DNA from: Bilabrum cf. latius
Taxonomy: Eukaryota
Direction: 5' to 3'
Length of the DNA: 50,974 nucleotides
Assembly (NCBI GenBank): GCA_965178125.1
Contig: CBCXTV010000001.1
Location: forward strand, 310,001-360,974
Each line of letters begins with the position of its first letter. The stretch's first letter is position 1. This document shows, piece after piece, positions 44,096-50,974 of this stretch. A model generated the notes under the pieces. It searched no databases, had not been told where the DNA came from, and saw only the letters and a list, made by a program, of their open reading frames with translations. The position numbers and the translations under genes were made by a program.

Positions 44096-45103
44096 ATGAT
44101 GTCTGAGGAGAAACCGTCCGAGAGCATTGCTGTTTCCTTGGGAGACGGCCGCAATCTTCGTGGGCGTCGAGGCGCCGGTGATATGGGAAACGAGGGCGGC
44201 ATGTTGGCGCGCGAGGTCGACGCCCCGGCGGAGCACGCCGGCGCGGCGGCAAGCGTCGATGATTCGGGCGGCCCCCACATCGAGAGCGGCGGCGCGGAGG
44301 CGGCGTCCACGGGGATGCTCGGAGAGGAGAGCGGCAAGGCAGCGCCGAAGGAGGACGCCGAAGACGACGGCGGCAAGAAGACGGAGGAGGAGGATGCTCG
44401 CGGCGGTGGACGTGCTGTGGTGCCCGGAGGTAATGACGACGTATGGACCGACGCAGCAGCTTGGAAGGCGGGTGGCGGCGTGGCAGCCGGGGCGGTCTCT
44501 GGCGCTGATAGCTGGGTTCTATGGGGGACCCCTGCGAAGTCGTCATGGGGGGAGACGTACGTGCCGCGGCAGGTCGCGCCGGAGCCGGCGGAGGAGGCGA
44601 CATGGACTTGCAACGCGTGCCAGTGCTGCAAGCCCCGGTCGGCGTACTTCAAGAAGTGGAAGGACTGGATCCAACCAGTTTGCCGGGTGTGTTGCGACAA
44701 GTTCGACAACGCGACGCCGTGGTGGGTGTGGTGCAAGAACTGCAAAAACGAGTATCCGGCGTACCGATTTCCCCAGATCCGCCGGAAGAAGGAGAACCTG
44801 CGCTATTTCTTCCCTGAGGACTGGTGCGCGAAGTGCCTGGTTGCGCGTGGCTGGAGTCTCCATGATGTCCGTTCCTCTGCGGGTGAAGCGAAGCGTTGGG
44901 TGCCAAAAGCTGGCGCGAATACCGGTGACGGCGACAACGACGCTCGTGCTCCCGCACGCGACGAGCTTCCTGCAGGAGGCGCCGCCTCCTGCAGCAACGC
45001 CGTGCGTCAGAGTTCTTCGCGTGACGAGGCCTTGGATGACATCAAGCGGGCCATGGAGCTTCTCCAGAATGCGGAAAGGTTCCTCCTCACGATGCCAGCG
45101 TGA
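44096..45103 (+). CDS. Double zinc-ribbon protein, copy 2
   Basis: Same translation as copy 1. Confidence 0.65.
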   Translation: MMSEEKPSESIAVSLGDGRNLRGRRGAGDMGNEGGMLAREVDAPAEHAGAAASVDDSGGPHIESGGAEAASTGMLGEESGKAAPKEDAEDDGGKKTEEEDARGGGRAVVPGGNDDVWTDAAAWKAGGGVAAGAVSGADSWVLWGTPAKSSWGETYVPRQVAPEPAEEATWTCNACQCCKPRSAYFKKWKDWIQPVCRVCCDKFDNATPWWVWCKNCKNEYPAYRFPQIRRKKENLRYFFPEDWCAKCLVARGWSLHDVRSSAGEAKRWVPKAGANTGDGDNDARAPARDELPAGGAASCSNAVRQSSSRDEALDDIKRAMELLQNAERFLLTMPA

Positions 45104-46205
45104 CGCGGGAGCTTCCCGAATGGGTCCGTCGTACTGTGAGGGCGCTCCGGAAGGAAGAGCGCGAGTGAGTCATCCTTGCGCCGAGGTGAGCGCGACGTCG
45201 GAGGAGCACGGTCGTTTGATTGGGAACGATATGGTCGGCAGAGTGTGAAAATCCGAGTTTCTCGTGCAGGATTGGGCAGCTCTCTAGATATCTTGCCTGG
45301 GAAGGGTGTGATGCGGTGGGAGCGCTTCCGCCTCACGTGGCAGACGTCCACACTTCCTGGTTCCCCGGCAGGCTGTTTGGCGAGACGGAGTGGCAAAGCA
45401 TCCGCCTGCTGATTCCTACTTTGTTACCTCGATTGTGAGCTCGGAGCTTGGGGCGGAGGATTCTGCGGGCAGCTCATGTGTGCCTAGAGTGTCATCCCGC
45501 GACCCTCTGACTTCTGTTCGTGGCTTTACCTCTTCGCGCAGGAAGATTCCTCATGAGGCAAGCCCGGTCCGAACTCGCGTGGGATGCCGTGCGCTGGTGC
45601 GGCTTCCACTCATCCCCGGGGTGGGGAGCGCTGGGTAAAGGATCGTCTGTCCCTGCAAGTTTCGATTCGGCGAGGTGCGGCAGCATGACGCGGACCGAGG
45701 TGAAGTCCTTTGTCCGCGATAGGTCGCCGCGTCGCGCGGTGGCGACCCCACAGCGCCCAAATCCCATTCCGGAGAGGGGGTGTGATGCAGTGGGAGCCCT
45801 TCCGCCTCACGTGACAGACGTTCACACTTCCTGGTTCCCATAAGGTCTTCAGCACAGCGCATGCGAGGCAGGCTGTTCGGCGAGACGTAGTGGCATCGCC
45901 CCCGCCTGCTCATTCCTACTTTGTTACCTCGATTGTCAGCTTGGGGCTCGGGGGCGGCGGATTCAGCGGGCAGCTCATGTATGCTGGAGTGTCATCCCGC
46001 GACCTCTGACTTCTGTCCGTGGCTTTACCTCTTCGCGCAGGAAGATTCCTCATGAGGCAAGCCCGGTGCGAACTCCTGTGGGATGCCGTGCGCTGGTTCG
46101 GATTCCACTCATGCCCGATGTGGGGAGCGCTAGGGTAAAGGATCGTCTGTCCCTGCAAGTTTCGATTCGGCTCGAGTCAATGTGAGGAAGGAGAGGTGCG
46201 GCAGC

Positions 46206-46730
46206 ATGACGCGGAACGAGGTGACGTCCTTTGTCCGCGATAGGTCGCCGCGTCGCGCGGTGGCGACCCCGCAGCGCCCAAACCCCGCCCCGCCAGCGAG
46301 TCCTCACTCGACAGCGGTGTCGAACCTGCAGCAGCGCTTCGAGAACATGCAGCAGCGTGCGGAAAGCTTGAGCGCTCAGCTGGAGTACGCCCAAAGTGTG
46401 ATCAGGCTGCTCTCAGGCCTGTTGCGCGATGAGGCTCCTCGGTTCCATGCAGACTTTGATCCCGTGATTCGGCGTGCGATGTCTGGCGCAAGCGGCTCCG
46501 TTGCGGGTAGGTCTTTCCGTCTTGTGGACGGAGGCGTCATCCACGGACCTGACACAGCAGTCGCTGCTCCTCCGCGTCGTCTCATCGTTGAGGTGCGTAC
46601 GGACTGGGAGATGACCGAGACTGCCTCAACTGTGCTGGATTCCTCAGGATCAGACGACATGGGTTCCGAGGACTCGCCGCCGCCGACCGTCGTCCTCCCC
46701 AGCGGCGCGGCGGGCGCCGGCGGTGCCTAG
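46206..46730 (+). CDS. Coiled-coil protein, copy 2
   Basis: Same translation as copy 1. Confidence 0.55.
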   Translation: MTRNEVTSFVRDRSPRRAVATPQRPNPAPPASPHSTAVSNLQQRFENMQQRAESLSAQLEYAQSVIRLLSGLLRDEAPRFHADFDPVIRRAMSGASGSVAGRSFRLVDGGVIHGPDTAVAAPPRRLIVEVRTDWEMTETASTVLDSSGSDDMGSEDSPPPTVVLPSGAAGAGGA

Positions 46731-47304
46731 TCCTCGGCAGCTCCTGCATCGGAGCCTCCTGTCGAGATTCGATCGCGCAACGTCGTTCCTTACATTGCTT
46801 GCCGTCGCATGTGCCGGGCGGTGGTGGGTGTGCGTGTTCGCCGAAAGTTCCCGGCCTCGTCTTCCTCAGGAGAGCTCCTCGACCCGAAATTGGCAGCTCA
46901 GCGCTGCCGTGGCCGATACAGTACCCGTGCACGGCCAGTTGGCAGCTACGCGCTGCCGTTGCCAATGTCGTCCGCACGAGAGCAGAGTGGCAGCTCAGCG
47001 CAGGCGAGAAACCGCGCTCGCAATGCTGCGAGGTGTATTCAATGCTGTGCACGTGTCTATCCCTCTCCCTGGTTTTGTCTCGCTTGCGCCAGTGTGACCG
47101 CAGCAGAGCGGGTGCTTCCCGTGCGTCTTCAGCTTTGAGCACTCCTCCAGCGACAGGAAGGCATTCGCTTGCTCTCGCTCCCCGCCTGCGTCCTATCCCT
47201 CCCGGGTATCTTCAGAGGCCACAGGCAGTGCGAAGCTTGGCAGCGGGTCCGTCCGCGTCGTTTCGGCTGTGAGCGATCTTCTGCCCGGTTCCTCACGCGT
47301 CATA

Positions 47305-48906
47305 ATGTCCTCTGCTTCGGTGCCGGATCAGCTCGCACGGATCAGTAAGGAGCTGAAGTGTCTCAGAGACGCGAGACAACGGGCGCGCAATGGGCTGCGC
47401 CATCCGTGGTTGCGCGCCATGGAGGCACAGGTCGCTGAGGTTATTCGTCATCACCCCGGAGGTGGCGAGGCAGCTCTTCGAACCTATGTCTCTCGTCAGT
47501 TGCAGAGTCGACAGGTTTCCACGCGGACGGCTTCGCAGGAGGAGTTTCAAAGGCAGGTCGATGAGGAGGTCGCGCTCACCATGAGGCGCCCAGCTGAGGC
47601 GTGGCAGCGAAATCCTCTTCGCTCATGTCATCGAGAGTCCGTGGCACGCGCAGAGGCCTTTCTCGCCGAGGCTTCTGTCGTTGCTTGGATCGACCATGTG
47701 AACGAGCAGCGTGGGTGTGCTCCAACTGGGAACATGGTTTTCGCCATGCTTGCGAGGATGGGCGTTCGCGCGGGGAAGGACTCGGCTCGACGGCAGTGGC
47801 TCCTGCGCTTCCGTCGTCGTTGGCGGCTTCGGCATGGCCGATTGAAGAAGCAGCCCCCGGTAACACTCGATTACGTCAGACTCGCGTGTCGTGTCTTCTA
47901 TCAGTGGATTGAATTCGCAGAAGCGCGAGTGCCCCCCAACCGCCGCCTCGTCTTTGTGAACTTCGATGAGTCCAGCGTGCCCTTTGCCTTTCCGGGAATG
48001 CGCGGGTACATCGCACCGAGGTCAGGAACGGAGCCCGCTTCGCTTGGTTCGCGCACGGAGCGCCTCGCCTCGAATAGCAATCGAGGATCGTACACCTTTC
48101 TGGGTTTTATTAGCGACTGCCCGGAAATCCAGCGACGACTCCCGCGTATACTCATCGGGAAGCACACGCGGCTGAGCAAGCGCTTGATGCGTGGGGCGCC
48201 GAACCAAATGGTGGACGGAATGGAAGTCTGGGCCCGAGAGAGCTCGTGGGTGACGCAGTCCCTCATGTTCGACATTCTGCGTCGGCTTTTCGCTTCTTGG
48301 ATGGACATTCAGCATGAGATCTATCCAATAGTGATACTTGACTGCGCGCCCCAACACATTTCCACTGAGATTGTGAACTTCGCACACGGCCTTGGCATGG
48401 ATCTCGTGTTTATTCCTGGTCGACTCACCTTCTTGCTTCAGCCGTTGGACGTTCTCGTCTTTCAGCTTCTTAAGCGCGACCTTCGGGAGACGTGGATGCA
48501 GGAGCGCTCGCGTCATGAAGCGGGTCATGTCGATGTCTCTTGCCATCTCAGGGTTGTCGCTGAGTGCACGAAGAGAGTGCTCTCGTCTGGCTCGTGGCAA
48601 GGCGCTTTCGATATGACAGGCATTACCAGCGGCAGGCGCCGCTTGCATTCGACCCTACGGCGCTTGTTTGAGTGTGACATGGAGGACATCTCCAGCGATG
48701 CTCCGTCTGTCGACCAGCTCCGCTTCATCAGCAGTCCGCAGCAGCCTCTCCCGCACGATGCGCTCATCAACAGGGCCCCAGTCGCGTCCGGACACGGGGT
48801 CGACGGAGGCGTCCACGGTGGTAACGCTCGCCGCGTGCCTCGTGGCCGCAGACTAAACGGATGGACCCCCCGCGATCGCGCTCACCCCTCGGCGGCCATG
48901 CCGTGA
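47305..48906 (+). CDS. pogo-family DD35D transposase, copy 2
   Basis: Same translation as copy 1. Confidence 0.85.
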   Translation: MSSASVPDQLARISKELKCLRDARQRARNGLRHPWLRAMEAQVAEVIRHHPGGGEAALRTYVSRQLQSRQVSTRTASQEEFQRQVDEEVALTMRRPAEAWQRNPLRSCHRESVARAEAFLAEASVVAWIDHVNEQRGCAPTGNMVFAMLARMGVRAGKDSARRQWLLRFRRRWRLRHGRLKKQPPVTLDYVRLACRVFYQWIEFAEARVPPNRRLVFVNFDESSVPFAFPGMRGYIAPRSGTEPASLGSRTERLASNSNRGSYTFLGFISDCPEIQRRLPRILIGKHTRLSKRLMRGAPNQMVDGMEVWARESSWVTQSLMFDILRRLFASWMDIQHEIYPIVILDCAPQHISTEIVNFAHGLGMDLVFIPGRLTFLLQPLDVLVFQLLKRDLRETWMQERSRHEAGHVDVSCHLRVVAECTKRVLSSGSWQGAFDMTGITSGRRRLHSTLRRLFECDMEDISSDAPSVDQLRFISSPQQPLPHDALINRAPVASGHGVDGGVHGGNARRVPRGRRLNGWTPRDRAHPSAAMP

Positions 48907-49925
48907 CCTCGACCACGACCATGTCAGGGGCGAACGCGACTTCGTCAACCTCGAGCACGACCATCCCAGCGGCGAACGCGGCTTCCTCGATGGGATCCCT
49001 GACCCCGACGAAGCTTCCCCGACCTCGGCCACGTGAACCTGCAGGCGCATTCTTGCCCGATGTGCCCGCGCAGGTGGCGGCCTGCACGGCGTGGGCGCCA
49101 CCGTTTCGTCGACCAGACAGCTCAGCCACTCCGGCGACGCGCGAGGCGGCAACGTCCACGTGCATCAATCCGTGGACCGCTCTCTCCTGGTATCCGACAC
49201 CACCGCAGCCGACGGACCCCCCTTCCGACAGGCCTCGCGAGGTACCGAACCGGAGCTCCCGGCAGCAGCGCAGGCGTCATGCTTGGGGCGGCACGTGGGT
49301 GTTCGACGACGCCATTACGCTCAGCGATTGCGGGTCGAGGGTGCAGATCGACGCGCCGCAGTCGAAGCTCTTGGCGATGGTCGTGCCCCGGAAGTCGGGC
49401 CAGTGGATTCCTCGTAGGCTGCGCTCGCGTACGATCTGGTATTTGGCTGGGGAGCAGTCGGCCGTGATCACCAACCTCAAGTGCCAGGCCTGCAGTCGGG
49501 TCAAGCACGCGGACAGCTTCAACCCGAAGAGCTTGCGTCGGGCTCAGTACTCGTTGCTGCATTCCCTGTGGCCCGGCTACATACGACGTACCGAGCGGTC
49601 TATTTGGTGCACGCAGTGTGCGGTGGAGGACCAGTTGATGCAGGGCAACTTTCCGGACGGCTACTGTTTCCGGATCCGCGCCACACTCGAAATTTGCCAT
49701 CAAGATCGCGTCGCGGCCAAGCTGTTTGCAGTGCACGACAGTAACGCTCTCTTCGAGCAGATCCCGCTGAGCTCCCGTGCGGCCATGGACGTGGCGGAGC
49801 AGTTGCGCCGATACTGGCAGGATGCCGTGTCCTCAGACGGCCAGAGCAACATCTTCCACAGCGACCACGTTTCGACAGACGACGACTCTGAGTTCGCACC
49901 GGGCGGACCGGAGAGCGTGCCGTGA
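48861..49925 (+). CDS. Zinc-ribbon protein, copy 2
   Basis: Same as copy 1 except AAKAA > AANAA. Confidence 0.6.
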   Translation: MDPPRSRSPLGGHAVTSTTTMSGANATSSTSSTTIPAANAASSMGSLTPTKLPRPRPREPAGAFLPDVPAQVAACTAWAPPFRRPDSSATPATREAATSTCINPWTALSWYPTPPQPTDPPSDRPREVPNRSSRQQRRRHAWGGTWVFDDAITLSDCGSRVQIDAPQSKLLAMVVPRKSGQWIPRRLRSRTIWYLAGEQSAVITNLKCQACSRVKHADSFNPKSLRRAQYSLLHSLWPGYIRRTERSIWCTQCAVEDQLMQGNFPDGYCFRIRATLEICHQDRVAAKLFAVHDSNALFEQIPLSSRAAMDVAEQLRRYWQDAVSSDGQSNIFHSDHVSTDDDSEFAPGGPESVP

Positions 49926-50974
49926 GGGACCGCAGCGACAGTAGCGTCGCTTAGGTGAGGAGCGGGTGCCAATGCTCTTTTGAAAATGGTGTGTCGTACG
50001 TACGGCAGGAGCCGTCGGTGGGAGCGGGGCGGATCCTGCGGGAAGTCGTGGAGACTGAGGGCAGAGACTCTCGGGTCGGTCAGGGTCTCATGTAACGTGC
50101 TGTTCACCGCAGAGGTATGTGCGGATCTTGGTGGATCTCTCGAGGACATGGGTGGCATACCGTTGTGCATCCGTTCCCCGGGGGGGGCGGTCGCAGAAGA
50201 GTGCACACGAAAACAAGAGGAAAGGAGACCAACCCCCCAAACCCACGTAGTGCGATCCTGGGGGGTACCCTATAAGGTACTAAGAATCCTTCTCCCGAAA
50301 ATCGCACTACCTCGGGCCACAACGTCTTGGTGGATTCCTCGAGGACATGGGTGGCATACCGTTGTGCATCCGTTCCCCGTCGCTCCCTAACGTCTTCAGT
50401 GGCAGGTTCGGAAAAGACACCTCCGTAGGCACGCGACAAGTCCCGGTGAAGCGGGCTCGCACCGCGCTGGGCGGGAGATCGTGAGCGCTTAGAGGACCGG
50501 AGCTCTCGGGCGGGTGCGTGTCTCGACAAACTCCCTCTTGACCACGGGCGGGGAACGTGTAGGGCGGAAGCTAAAGACACCGTAAGTAGCGGAGGGCTAA
50601 CATTCCGTCCTTCGGTGAGAGCCAAAAGTTCGAGTCTGCGAGAGACTATTATACGAAGTTCTCCCCTCCTCATACGTGCGCATAGCCTCCTCACGCGGTA
50701 GCGCGAGCGCGGGACCCGGACCTGTCCCTGATGGGCGTGAATCTGAACCCGGCGTACTCTCCTAGTCTGTCACTTCCACGACCTTGTTGTCGCGGAACCA
50801 CTTGCACGGAGAGGAACCTGTCGTTCAAGCGGGTGCAGCCGGACGCGCAGGTGTAGTGCATCGCCTTGCATATGTGCACGGCCAAGTAGATGCCGGAACC
50901 GTAGAGGTATCACACTTCCCGCGGAGCTTGGGTGGGTCTTTCGCTGCTGTCGTCTGCTCCAGAAGGTTTGCGCC

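Larger units (their letters stand above)
25583..50974 (+). mobile_element. Copy 2 of the tandem unit (truncated by the window end)
   Basis: Near-identical to copy 1. Differences seen are homopolymer lengths, a few SNPs, ~246 extra bp in the minisatellite region and the 209-bp swap. Confidence 0.85.

Noticed and set aside
1-50974. Capsid gene, tRNA/rRNA, dinoflagellate spliced-leader relic
   Set aside because: None recognised by eye; a divergent capsid among the orphan ORFs cannot be excluded without structure prediction.

Overview
The window holds two head-to-tail, near-identical copies of a GC-rich ~25.6-25.8 kb unit (1-25582 and 25583-50974; the second is cut off at the equivalent of unit-1 position 25149). 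The unit looks like a large eukaryotic rolling-circle mobile or virus-like element; a dinoflagellate-type host is only a guess. Eight credible intron-less ORFs all lie on the + strand: a CRESS-type Rep (HUH endonuclease plus SF3 helicase), a pogo-family DD35D transposase, a GT25-like glycosyltransferase, three CxxC zinc-ribbon proteins and two coiled-coil proteins. No capsid was recognised. Non-coding parts include an iteron/stem-loop candidate origin upstream of Rep, hairpin and minisatellite arrays, and a ~2.8 kb mosaic built from slightly diverged fragments of the element's own genes, mostly joined in frame. The most striking anomaly is a 209-bp segment between the candidate origin and Rep. 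It is unrelated between the two copies but exactly equal in length, and the copy-1 version (13217-13425) folds by eye into a long, G-U-rich structured RNA. All motif and pairing calls were made by eye, with no database searches.
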